This document shows, one piece after another, positions 1-8,747 of a stretch of DNA of 51,875 nucleotides (within the stretch, counting starts at the first letter, position 1; each line of letters opens with the position of its first letter). This DNA comes from a virus: the IMG/VR virus record IMGVR_UViG_3300038420_000034; one strand, written 5' to 3'. A model generated the notes under the pieces. It did not search any database. It was not told the DNA's origin and saw nothing but the letters and a program-made list of their open reading frames with translations. Made by a program: the position numbers and the translations under genes.

Positions 1-363
1 AAAGAGACTCGACATCAGGTCAAGGTAGTTGACGGCCGAGTCACCGATGTCACCTGTTGGGCTGAACTGGATGTGAGAAGATGTCAAGCCACGTGGGACA
101 AAGCCAGGCGGGGCCGCATGCATCCGATAAGCCATAACCTTCCGATCAGGGTCAAACTTGCACGAGACAAAGACAGTTGGCCGGTCACCAGCCTGATACC
201 CAATGTCATCAACCAAGACCTCGTGGCCAGTCTTAGAAAGGTCTTCCAAGTCCCAGACCAAGACATCGTCATCCTTGACTGAGAGGCGCCAGACGCCCAG
301 CTCGCTCTCGATCTGGGTGCCGTCGTAGTTCGCCCTCAGTGAGTTAAGGAACTCGTCAAACAC
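1..363 (-). CDS. hypothetical protein (3' part lies beyond the window start; 5' end in window)
   Basis: Open minus-strand frame from a GTG at 363 running off the window edge (...VFDEFLNSLRANYDGTQIESELGVWRLSVKDDDVLVWDLEDL...). Non-repetitive translation. Starts 7 nt downstream of tmk stop. Not in the ORF track because no stop lies in the window. Confidence 0.35.
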   Translation of the reverse strand, partial: MFDEFLNSLRANYDGTQIESELGVWRLSVKDDDVLVWDLEDLSKTGHEVLVDDIGYQAGDRPTVFVSCKFDPDRKVMAYRMHAAPPGFVPRGLTSSHIQFSPTGDIGDSAVNYLDLMSSLF

Positions 364-370
364 AGCCTAA

Positions 371-1051
371 CTACGCCTGAGGGTCGAGGCCCATCGAAGA
401 CATCGTGGAGTGCCCGGCCAAGTCGAGCCACCTCTTGCTAAACAGCGCCCAGATGGCCTCATGGACATCCTGGATGCCCTTGGACGCGTCGATGATAACC
501 ACACGATGCTTATCTCTCTCCGCCAAGGCCGCATAGCCCTGGTCAACCCGAAGAAAGAAGTCCTTGTCGGCTGCCTCAAACCGATCAGGCTTGAATGGCA
601 TCTTGGACATCCGCTCAACCTGCCTGGCCTCACGGTCAGCATGTGGGGCCACCAGGAGGAACGTGATGTCCGGAGCAAGTCCAATTGTTGCAAATGAGAT
701 GATGGCCTCAACGTGGTTCATCGGCAGCCCTCGCCCATGGCCCTGGTAAACCCACGACGAATCCGCAAACCTGTCACAGATGACAACCTTGCCTTCTGTT
801 AAGGCCGGTCCTATGACCTCCCTAACAAGTTGGGCCCGGCTGGCATTCATCAAGAGCAGCTCAGTTTCCGGGCACATGTTAGCACCGGCAACACTGTGCT
901 TGAGGATGTTTCGACACTCCTCACCGATTGACGTGCCACCAGGTTCTCGGATGACCACCGGGTCTACCTTCTGCCTTCTCAACCTGTTGGCAAGAAGTTC
1001 AACTTGGACAGTCTTCCCGACATACTCATTTCCTTCAAATGTTGCAAACAT
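371..1051 (-). CDS. tmk: thymidylate kinase (dTMP kinase)
   Basis: P-loop FEGNEYVGKT; REPGGT; LLLMNASRAQLV; DRFADSSWVYQGHGRGL. All are collinear with bacterial Tmk (IEGLEGAGKTT / REPGGT / DRHDLSTQAYQGGGRG). Confidence 0.85.
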   Translation of the reverse strand: MFATFEGNEYVGKTVQVELLANRLRRQKVDPVVIREPGGTSIGEECRNILKHSVAGANMCPETELLLMNASRAQLVREVIGPALTEGKVVICDRFADSSWVYQGHGRGLPMNHVEAIISFATIGLAPDITFLLVAPHADREARQVERMSKMPFKPDRFEAADKDFFLRVDQGYAALAERDKHRVVIIDASKGIQDVHEAIWALFSKRWLDLAGHSTMSSMGLDPQA

Positions 1052-1054
1052 AGG

Positions 1055-1378
1055 TCAGTTTTTCCACATCAACAGTTGTGCTTCAAGCCACCGCATCTTC
1101 ATCTTAGGGTGCTTCTCAAGGACACGGCCAAGCTTGACTTGAACCTCACCGTCTGACATTGACTCCCGGATGACCTCGGCTAGTGGATGAGCCGGCATTG
1201 GCTTCCACAGACAGATCAAGCACCGCTTTGGGTCCATCTCAACGGCCACGATAAAGCCAGCCGTGTGAGTCTGTGAGTCACGGCCAAACACAAAGGCCCC
1301 TGGAACTGGCTCCGCACCGTCTGGCCGATAGTCCCAAGGTATCCAGTAGAGCTGCATCGTCTCAGCCATTACTGTCAA
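1055..1378 (-). CDS. hypothetical protein (107 aa)
   Basis: Clean ORF tightly packed between tmk (3-nt gap) and the repeat protein. No recognisable motif. Confidence 0.5.
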   Translation of the reverse strand: MTVMAETMQLYWIPWDYRPDGAEPVPGAFVFGRDSQTHTAGFIVAVEMDPKRCLICLWKPMPAHPLAEVIRESMSDGEVQVKLGRVLEKHPKMKMRWLEAQLLMWKN

Positions 1379-1397
1379 GCTAGGAGGAGAACTTGGA

Positions 1398-2132
1398 CTA
1401 GAATATGGCGGCCCTGCGGCGAACTGCAGAAGGCGGCGGGCCAGTCGACACGTGCAGCACGCCTGAAGATGTAAATGGGCTTAAGAAAGCAGCCCCAACT
1501 ATCTGGAAGGTCTCGACTAACACGCCTGCTGCCGTAACTGAGGAGAGATAAGTTACGCCTGTTATGCTAAAGGTCTCAACCAGCGTGCCAGCAGCGGTAA
1601 AACTAGAGACCACGCCAGCCCCTGAGATGATGAAATTCTCGGCTAGAACACCCGCGGCAGTAAAGCTGCTTAAGGTAGCCTCACCAGAAATTGCAAACCC
1701 TTCGGCTAAGACACCAGCAGCAGTAAAACTGCTAACTGTAGAAGTGCCGATGATGGCGAAGTCTTCATCCAGGACACCCGCGGCCGTAAAGCTAGAGACG
1801 GTCGCCTCACCCGAAGATGAAAAAGACTCTAAAAGTGTCCCAGCTGCCGTGAACTGGTAGAAGGTCCCAGTGCCGGCAAGGGTGAAAGTTTCAACCAGGA
1901 CACCGGCGGCGGTAAAGCTGCTTAAGATCGCCGCGCCAGTTGTTACACTGAAGGACTCGGTTAACGAGCCAGAAGCTGTAAAACTACTGACGACTGCCGC
2001 CCCAGTTAAGGTTGCGGGTGGGATGAACCCAACATCAACTAACGGGGCACCATACTGCCAACTGCCAAACTCAGGGTCGCCCTGGTCTAGCAGTGGCACC
2101 CCATCACGCCAACTGTTGAACTCACTGCCCAC
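1398..2132 (-). CDS. repeat-containing putative fibre/structural protein (9 x 22-aa repeat)
   Basis: Nine tandem copies of the unit (V/L)SSFTAAGVLxExFxIxGxxT in the translation. C-terminal G/P-rich tail. Sits within the structural block. Confidence 0.6.
   Translation of the reverse strand: MGSEFNSWRDGVPLLDQGDPEFGSWQYGAPLVDVGFIPPATLTGAAVVSSFTASGSLTESFSVTTGAAILSSFTAAGVLVETFTLAGTGTFYQFTAAGTLLESFSSSGEATVSSFTAAGVLDEDFAIIGTSTVSSFTAAGVLAEGFAISGEATLSSFTAAGVLAENFIISGAGVVSSFTAAGTLVETFSITGVTYLSSVTAAGVLVETFQIVGAAFLSPFTSSGVLHVSTGPPPSAVRRRAAIF
1436..1997 (-). repeat. 66-bp-period coding tandem repeat (encodes SSFTAAGVL.E.F units)
   Basis: Periodic ccgc[gc]gc[ag]gtaaa[ag]ct... motif visible in the nucleotide sequence. 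Corresponds to the 22-aa protein repeats. Confidence 0.55.
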
Positions 2133-2135
2133 ATG

Positions 2136-2699
2136 CTACGTAACCGCCAGGTGGTCGAAATAGACAACGCCAGCAGGCGTCGAACCAGACAATCCCCACA
2201 CGGTTGAGTTGTTGTGCAGCTCAACCCAAAGCACACCAGCCGCCGTGATAGATGGGGTGGTCAGAGGGCCAACAGAGACCCACCCAGTTCCACCCGTAGA
2301 AGAAAGCGTCAGGTCTGTGCTGACCCCAATTGCAGCGTTGGCCTTGATCACGATGCTTGGGTAGGGCGCCGTGTTGCAAGGTTGCTTCATGAAGACCGAG
2401 ATAGAGTGCGTGCTCCCAGCACTTACGGCCCACCGAAAGCGCCAGAACCCAGGAAAGTTTAGCTGAAGACACGGTTGGGCCGGGGTCCCATCTGTCACAT
2501 TCTGGATGATGAACTGGCCCATGTGGCGCCCTGCCGCGGTGTCGCCACTCCAGGTCGTGGCCCCCTCCAAGTTAAGGCCATTCATGGCGCCTACCCACCT
2601 CTGCCGAGAACCAACTACGGGGGTGCTGACCGCCACTGGCGTCAGAGATGACCGGCCTCTGGCCGAACACCCGGCATTTGACACGTAGATGTTTGGCAT
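2136..2699 (-). CDS. hypothetical Ser/Thr/Gly-rich protein (187 aa), putative fibre-associated
   Basis: ORF abuts paralog A1 (2700) and the repeat protein. Composition resembles the fibre-like neighbours. Confidence 0.5.
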   Translation of the reverse strand: MPNIYVSNAGCSARGRSSLTPVAVSTPVVGSRQRWVGAMNGLNLEGATTWSGDTAAGRHMGQFIIQNVTDGTPAQPCLQLNFPGFWRFRWAVSAGSTHSISVFMKQPCNTAPYPSIVIKANAAIGVSTDLTLSSTGGTGWVSVGPLTTPSITAAGVLWVELHNNSTVWGLSGSTPAGVVYFDHLAVT

Positions 2700-3713
2700 T
2701 TAGTTTATCTCAACTGTGTTGGTTATCTCCATCAGAAAGACACCGCCGCCCCACCCAGGCTTGATGACGTTGAACTGCCGAGACGAGTAGTCCCCGGAGC
2801 CGGAGATGACCATGCCATCTGAGAAGCTAGCCATTGGGTGACAGGGATACCAAAGCCCACGGAGCCGGCCTCTGACATTCCAGTTGGCATCCAAGATCCA
2901 AACTGGGCTTATGTAGAGTGACGAGTCCATCGGGTTAGGAAGTGGGATTGACCCAACCAACGGGATGCCAGTTGTCGTTGACATCAGGCCACTGTATCTC
3001 CCTGGGTCACCAACTGGATACCCGATCATGCTCCAACTAGTTCCAGCATAGTTGTCGGCCAGGTAAAGGCCGTAGGCATCGGCCACCGTTGTCACAACTG
3101 GGGTAACCTGCCGGTCAAGGCACCCATTAAGCAGGCCTGTGACCCCGCGGTCTGAGTTGGCCAGGCAGATGGCGCACCGGTTCAGGTCAGAGCTGCCCCA
3201 CAGTGAGTAGATGTCACCAAATAGGTATGCCCCATAGTAACCAGAGCCATCGTTGATGAACAGATAACTTGTGCTGGCGTCGGCATAGAGCTGCCATGAC
3301 CGTGGACTAGTCCCGTCATTACTCTTTTGATAGCCATAGCCTCCGGTGCCCCCTTGAGCAGCTGTCTGAGCCGCGGTTGGAAACGGGCCCGTGCCAGCTA
3401 CGAGTGACGTCATGGTCTTGTAACCAGCGCCCCAGGCCGCCCTAAAACCCATGGACACGGTATCTGGCTGGTTGTCGTTAAGGTAGAGGTAATAGCCACA
3501 CCCAGCGCCTTGCTTGAAGATCCCTATGTTGCCACTGTCGTTGATGACACTGCCGGCTGAACCCATCTTAGTCCAGCCAGCCGCTGCCTTACCAGAGTAG
3601 CCACTGACAAGACACTGGTTATAGAGGCTAAGGAGGGTGGCGCCATTGCCGTAAAGTGGCCCAGGCCCACCATAGTCAGCCGAGGTGTAGACTGTAAATT
3701 GGCTTACGGCCAT
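2700..3713 (-). CDS. tandem paralog A1 (337 aa), putative virion host-recognition protein
   Basis: N-terminus MAVSQFTVYTSADYGGPGPL...NQCLVSGYSGKAAAGWTK...GIFKQGAGCGYYLYLNDN. C-terminus IRGRLRGLWYPCHP...GVFLMEITNTVEIN. Both are shared with four neighbours. 48-nt stretches are identical to A2. Confidence 0.6.
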   Translation of the reverse strand: MAVSQFTVYTSADYGGPGPLYGNGATLLSLYNQCLVSGYSGKAAAGWTKMGSAGSVINDSGNIGIFKQGAGCGYYLYLNDNQPDTVSMGFRAAWGAGYKTMTSLVAGTGPFPTAAQTAAQGGTGGYGYQKSNDGTSPRSWQLYADASTSYLFINDGSGYYGAYLFGDIYSLWGSSDLNRCAICLANSDRGVTGLLNGCLDRQVTPVVTTVADAYGLYLADNYAGTSWSMIGYPVGDPGRYSGLMSTTTGIPLVGSIPLPNPMDSSLYISPVWILDANWNVRGRLRGLWYPCHPMASFSDGMVISGSGDYSSRQFNVIKPGWGGGVFLMEITNTVEIN

Positions 3714-3716
3714 AGG

Positions 3717-4748
3717 CTAGTTGGTCTCGACGGTGTTGCTTGTCTCCATCAAAAAGACACCGTTGCCCCACCCAGGACAGATGACGTTAAACGTCTTGGG
3801 TGAGAGGTCGTTAGTTCCGGAAATGGATGCACCATCTGAAAAGTTTACCAACGGATGGCAAGGATACCAGAGCCCCCTCAGCCTGCCCCTGATGTTCCAG
3901 TTGTAGTCCAACACCCAGATCGGACTTATGTGATATGAGGAGTCTGCTGGATTTGGAAATGGGATAGAGCCAATCAGTGGCAATGGTGTCCCTGCCGCCA
4001 TGACACCGTTATATTTTGACGGGTCTCCGACTGGGTAGCCGACCGTGCTTCCAACGGTCCCGGCATAGCTGTCAGACATGTAGAAGCCATACATGTCTGC
4101 CGCCGTCGTCACCAGTGGGGTAAGCTGCCGGTCAAGGCACCCATACGCAAGGTTCGGAAGCGCGCCTGCTCCACGATCTCCACCAGCCAGGCAGATGGCA
4201 CACCGGTTCAGGTCAGAGCTGCCCCACAAGGAGTAGATGTCACCGAACATGTAGGACCCATAGCCACCATTGCCATCAAACATGAAGAAGTAAAACGTGC
4301 TAGAGTCAGCATAGAGCTGCCATGGCCTGGCCGTGTTTGTGTCTATGCCCTTGACGATGCCGTAGTTAGCCGTCCCACCAATCTCAGTTGCAACTTGCAG
4401 GTCTGTTGGAAACGTGCCCCACCCAGTCGGTGTAAGTGCCGTCATGGTCTTATAGCCACGGGCATACGCACCTTTGTTAACTGCGCCACCGCCACCATCT
4501 GGGGCGTTGTCGTTAAGGTAGAGGTAATAGCCACACCCAGCGCCTTGCTTGAAGATCCCCACGTTAGAGCTATCGTTGATCACGCTGCCAACCGAACCTA
4601 ACTTAGTCCAGCCCGCAGCAGCATGGCCAGAGTAGCCACTGACAAGGCACTGGTTGAAGATATTGAGAAGCCCACCAGCCCCAGTGCACAGAAGAGGCCC
4701 CGGGCTTCCATAGTCACTCGAGGTGTAAAGTGTGAATTGACTAGCCAT
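3717..4748 (-). CDS. tandem paralog A2 (343 aa)
   Basis: Same conserved termini (MASQFTLYTSSDYGSPGPL... / ...GVFLMETSNTVETN). Variable core. Confidence 0.6.
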   Translation of the reverse strand: MASQFTLYTSSDYGSPGPLLCTGAGGLLNIFNQCLVSGYSGHAAAGWTKLGSVGSVINDSSNVGIFKQGAGCGYYLYLNDNAPDGGGGAVNKGAYARGYKTMTALTPTGWGTFPTDLQVATEIGGTANYGIVKGIDTNTARPWQLYADSSTFYFFMFDGNGGYGSYMFGDIYSLWGSSDLNRCAICLAGGDRGAGALPNLAYGCLDRQLTPLVTTAADMYGFYMSDSYAGTVGSTVGYPVGDPSKYNGVMAAGTPLPLIGSIPFPNPADSSYHISPIWVLDYNWNIRGRLRGLWYPCHPLVNFSDGASISGTNDLSPKTFNVICPGWGNGVFLMETSNTVETN

Positions 4749-4753
4749 GGGTC

Positions 4754-5770
4754 CTAGTTCGTCTCAACAGTGTTGCTTGTCTCTACGCAGAAAAGCCCAT
4801 TGCCCCACCCGGGCTTAACCACGGTAAAGGTCTTAGGCGAAAGGTCGCCAGAGCCAGAAAAGGTCGCGGCATCCGAAAAATTTGCCAGTGCATGACAAGG
4901 ATACCAGAGCCCACGCAGCCTGCCCCTGATGTTCCAGCTGGCATCCATCACCCAGATTGGGCTCAGGTAGTATGAGGAGTCCGGCACGTTTGGAAATGGG
5001 ACCGAGCCCACAAACGCAATCGGGAGCGTGGCCGACATGACACCATTGAACTTTGCTGGGTCCCCGACCGTGTAGCCGAGTGTGCTTCCAAAGGTCCCCT
5101 TGTAGTTGTCGGACATGTAGAAGCCATATTTGTTCACGCCTGTCACCAGTGGGGTAAACTGCCGGTCAAGGCACCCCATCGTAAAGACCGGAATTGAACC
5201 TGTGCCACGGTCTGTGTTAGACCCACAGAAGGCACACCGGTTCAGGTCAGAGCTGCCCCACAGGGAGTAGATGTCACCGAACATGTAGGACCCATAGCCT
5301 CCAGAGCCATCAAGGATAAACAGGTAAAACGTGCTAGAGTCAGCCCAAAGCTTCCAGGCACGGCCAGTCGATGCATCTTGGCTCTTGCAAAACCCAAACC
5401 CACCAGAAGAACCTTGGGCAGTCACCTGATACTGCATTGGAAACACACCCCACGCGGTTGTAAGCGACGTCATGGCCTTGTAACCAAGGGCATTCGCACC
5501 CTTGTCACCCATGCCACCGTCTGGGGCATTGTCGTTGACGTAAAGGTAGTAACCACACCCTGCACCCTGCTTGAAGATCCCAATGTTTCCAGAGTCATTG
5601 ATGACACTGCCAGCCGAGCCCATCTTGGTCCAGCCTGCAGCGGCATGACCAGAGTAGCCACTGACAAGACACTGGTTGAGGAGGCCAAGGAAGTTTCCAA
5701 CCGCATTACCATAGAGAAGCCCAGGGCCGCCACTGTCACTCGACGTGTAAAGTGTGAATAGGCTAGCCAT
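4754..5770 (-). CDS. tandem paralog A3 (338 aa)
   Basis: Same family (MASLFTLYTSSDSGGPGLL... / ...GLFCVETSNTVETN). Confidence 0.6.
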   Translation of the reverse strand: MASLFTLYTSSDSGGPGLLYGNAVGNFLGLLNQCLVSGYSGHAAAGWTKMGSAGSVINDSGNIGIFKQGAGCGYYLYVNDNAPDGGMGDKGANALGYKAMTSLTTAWGVFPMQYQVTAQGSSGGFGFCKSQDASTGRAWKLWADSSTFYLFILDGSGGYGSYMFGDIYSLWGSSDLNRCAFCGSNTDRGTGSIPVFTMGCLDRQFTPLVTGVNKYGFYMSDNYKGTFGSTLGYTVGDPAKFNGVMSATLPIAFVGSVPFPNVPDSSYYLSPIWVMDASWNIRGRLRGLWYPCHALANFSDAATFSGSGDLSPKTFTVVKPGWGNGLFCVETSNTVETN

Positions 5771-5775
5771 GGCCT

Positions 5776-6810
5776 CTAGTTCGTCTCGACGGTGTTGCTT
5801 GTCTCAATGCAGTAGATGCCACCATTGGCGCCAGGGCACAAGACCATGAAGGTCTTGCCTGCATAGTCACCAGAGCCAGAAAAGGTCACCCCACTCTGAA
5901 AGCTAGAGGCAGGGTGGCAGATGTGATAGAGCCCTCGCATCCTGCCTCGGATCTCAAAGCCAGTGCTGTCGTAGACATAGATCGGTGACATGTGGATCTG
6001 ACCATCGGCCAAGCTTGGCCTTGGCACGTTGCCAGAGATCGGAACCCCAAGTGTGGTCGTGATCTGCGTGCTGACCTTGCCCAGGTCACCACAGAGCCAG
6101 ACTGGGATGCTGATAGGCGTCCCAGCATAGGTGGAATACATGTAGCGCCCGGAGTAGCCCACCACAGCGTTGTTGCCACCTGCTGTTGAAGTGTAAGGGG
6201 TGTTTAGCTCATCCAGGCCACCATAGCCACACCCAACCGTGGCCTGGTTGATCGCATTTCTCCCTGTGATGATGACACGATTGGCATCCGCACTGCCGTA
6301 GTAGGAGTAGATGTCACCAAAGCAAAAGTCGAAAAACCCGCCAGCCCCAAGGGTAGTATCACCTGTGGCGATGAAGAAGTAGAACGTGCTTGCGTCAGCA
6401 AAGAGCCACCAAGGCCACTGGGTAGTCCCATCAGCCGTAGAGCTCTTGCGCTCTACCAAGACACTCCACGTGGTAAGCTGGGTGATGGTGGGAAAGATGT
6501 TATAGTTTTGTGCCTGGGCAAAGCTGGTGCCAGGGTTGTTAGTCCCCTGCGCCCAATATTCCTTAGCAGAGTAGTCCGAGGCCGCGTTGTCCCAGATGAT
6601 GCAGTAAAGCTGAGCACCGGCACCTTGCTTGAGGACACCATGGTTTGAAGAGTCGGCATAGGGCTTCACCCAGCCAGCTGCTGCCTTGCCAGTATAACCA
6701 CTGCAGAGGCACTGGTTCAGGACGTTGAGCACCGTGCCCGCCGAGCCTGTGATTGGCCCTGGGCCGGCCACGTCACGTGATGAGTAGATGGTGAACTGAC
6801 TGACGGCCAT
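5776..6810 (-). CDS. tandem paralog B1 (344 aa)
   Basis: Diverged subtype (MAVSQFTIYSSRDVAGPGPI...NQCLCSGYTGKAAAGW / EIRGRMRGLYHICHP...GGIYCIETSNTVETN). Confidence 0.6.
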   Translation of the reverse strand: MAVSQFTIYSSRDVAGPGPITGSAGTVLNVLNQCLCSGYTGKAAAGWVKPYADSSNHGVLKQGAGAQLYCIIWDNAASDYSAKEYWAQGTNNPGTSFAQAQNYNIFPTITQLTTWSVLVERKSSTADGTTQWPWWLFADASTFYFFIATGDTTLGAGGFFDFCFGDIYSYYGSADANRVIITGRNAINQATVGCGYGGLDELNTPYTSTAGGNNAVVGYSGRYMYSTYAGTPISIPVWLCGDLGKVSTQITTTLGVPISGNVPRPSLADGQIHMSPIYVYDSTGFEIRGRMRGLYHICHPASSFQSGVTFSGSGDYAGKTFMVLCPGANGGIYCIETSNTVETN

Positions 6811-6815
6811 AGCCT

Positions 6816-7874
6816 CTAGTTCGTCTCAACGGTGTTGCTTGTCTCAATGCAGTAGGCACCGCCATTCTGCCCTGGTGACAGGATCATGAAGGTCTTGCCC
6901 GCATAGTCACCAGCACCTGAGAAGGTCATCCTGCCACCCTGAAAACTTGACGCTGAGTGGCAGACATGGTAAAACCCACGCATCCGCCCACGGATGGCCC
7001 AAGTTGTAGGGTTGTCGTAGATGAAAACTGGCGCCACATAGACACTGTTATCGGCCATGTTCGACCGTGGGATGTTGCCTGCCAGTGGAACTCCCACCGA
7101 AGTTGTGAGCTGCGTGCTGACCTTGCCCAGGTCACCACAGATCCAGATAGGGATGCTAGCATTGGAGACGCCACCACCGTGGCCATACCAGTCGGCCATG
7201 TAACGGCCTGAATAGCCAGCTGCGCCGGGTGCGCCACTGTTGCCTCCTACAGTTGAGACATAAGGTGTGTTCAACTCATCCAAGCCACCCAGGCCACACC
7301 CAACAGACGCGTTGTTGATGGAGACCCTGCCAGCGATAAAGACACGCTCAGTATCACTGCTGCCATACAGAGAGTAGATGTCCCCAAACCCAAAGTCCAT
7401 GTATCCACCCAGGCCAAGGGTCGTGTCGCCTGTCGCGATGAACATGTAGATCGTGCGCGCGTCGGCAAAGAGATACCATGGCCTTAAGGTTGTTGAGTCA
7501 GCCGTGGCACTCTTGCGGACGATCAGTTGGCCCCATATGGTAAGTTGTATAGCATTTGGAAACTGCCCGCCTCCAGAAGACGTGTGAGCTCCATAAAACG
7601 CCGCCTCAGCAGCTGTGGTAGGAAAGGTAGCGCCATTGTCAGTCACCCCAAGGTAAAGCCCAAACGGGGCCGAGTTGACGCCAGCACCCTGCTGAAACAA
7701 TGCAAAATTTGAGGCAATTGGGGCAACCTTAGACCAGCCTGCAGCGGCATGGCCAGAGTAGCCAGAACACAGGCACTGGTCAAGGACGTTGATAAACGAC
7801 CCAGCAGACCCGGTGATGAAACCAGGCCCGCCAGCATCGTATGACGAGTAGACGGTAAACTGGCTGAAGGCCAT
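6816..7874 (-). CDS. tandem paralog B2 (352 aa)
   Basis: Subtype B (MAFSQFTVYSSYDAGGPGFI... / ...GGAYCIETSNTVETN). Confidence 0.6.
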   Translation of the reverse strand: MAFSQFTVYSSYDAGGPGFITGSAGSFINVLDQCLCSGYSGHAAAGWSKVAPIASNFALFQQGAGVNSAPFGLYLGVTDNGATFPTTAAEAAFYGAHTSSGGGQFPNAIQLTIWGQLIVRKSATADSTTLRPWYLFADARTIYMFIATGDTTLGLGGYMDFGFGDIYSLYGSSDTERVFIAGRVSINNASVGCGLGGLDELNTPYVSTVGGNSGAPGAAGYSGRYMADWYGHGGGVSNASIPIWICGDLGKVSTQLTTSVGVPLAGNIPRSNMADNSVYVAPVFIYDNPTTWAIRGRMRGFYHVCHSASSFQGGRMTFSGAGDYAGKTFMILSPGQNGGAYCIETSNTVETN

Positions 7875-7892
7875 ACCTAAAGGCCCACCAGG

Positions 7893-8303
7893 TTACTCGT
7901 TCTGGGTGATGGTCAGGGATGAGCAGGTGACCGACGCGCCCGACGAGACCGACGTTGAGTTGATGATCAAGTCAGCCCCGCTGCCACTCGCACCCACCGT
8001 GAAGTCACAGACAACGGCCGTGCCGGAGGTAAGGGCCCTGGCAAACGTGGCCACGCCCGTGTATATCGCCGTGCCACCCGTGATGGTCCTGGCCGTGATG
8101 GTGCTGCTCGTGCTGGCATCCGACCCAGGGATCGTGAACGCCGTGGCGTCAAACGTCAACGTCGCCAACAGGTGGTTGCCACCCCCTAACGCCGTGTCCG
8201 GTGTCGTGGGCTGGGTGCCACTGTAGATGTTGATGGTGCCTCCATTACAGAGGGCTGCGATGGCGGCCAAGGCCGCCTCTCTTGTTGCTGCTGCCGAATA
8301 CAT
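7893..8303 (-). CDS. hypothetical structural protein (136 aa from Met at 8303)
   Basis: Track ORF 7893..8342 trimmed to the internal ATG at 8303, which has an AGGAGA SD 8 nt upstream and removes the overlap with the upstream gene. Thr/Ser/Gly-rich. Confidence 0.5.
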   Translation of the reverse strand: MYSAAATREAALAAIAALCNGGTINIYSGTQPTTPDTALGGGNHLLATLTFDATAFTIPGSDASTSSTITARTITGGTAIYTGVATFARALTSGTAVVCDFTVGASGSGADLIINSTSVSSGASVTCSSLTITQNE

Positions 8304-8314
8304 AGTTTTGTCTC

Positions 8315-8740
8315 CTAACCAATCTCTGCTATCACCGTCCAACCCGTGGCAGTGCCCAAGGCCAGGACGTTGAATCGTATCTTGTCACCGCTCGTCACCG
8401 TTCCCAGTGAAGGGCTGGTCGTGACACCCTCATAGGCGCCTGACCCGATAGTCACTGTCCCTATCGTTGCCGCTGAAAAGGCGCCGGTGCCTGACGACTT
8501 TTCAAACCTGACCGATGGCGAGCCACCAGCCACGCTCACCCTAAACACAAGCCGACGAATGACCCACACCAGTGGTGACATCCCATCGGCCGGACTATAC
8601 GGCACCAAGACCTCCGCCACATCAGGCCCGGTGGCTATTGGCGTATAGGCCGCGCAAAGCAACATCGACCGACCATCAACGGGCACGACCCCAACCTTCC
8701 AGTTAAGGGCCTGCAACCTTGAGATCGTCTCGACCAGCAT
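8315..8740 (-). CDS. hypothetical protein (141 aa)
   Basis: ORF between the giant protein (7-nt gap) and the 7893 gene. Confidence 0.5.
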   Translation of the reverse strand: MLVETISRLQALNWKVGVVPVDGRSMLLCAAYTPIATGPDVAEVLVPYSPADGMSPLVWVIRRLVFRVSVAGGSPSVRFEKSSGTGAFSAATIGTVTIGSGAYEGVTTSPSLGTVTSGDKIRFNVLALGTATGWTVIAEIG

Positions 8741-8747
8741 GCGTTAA

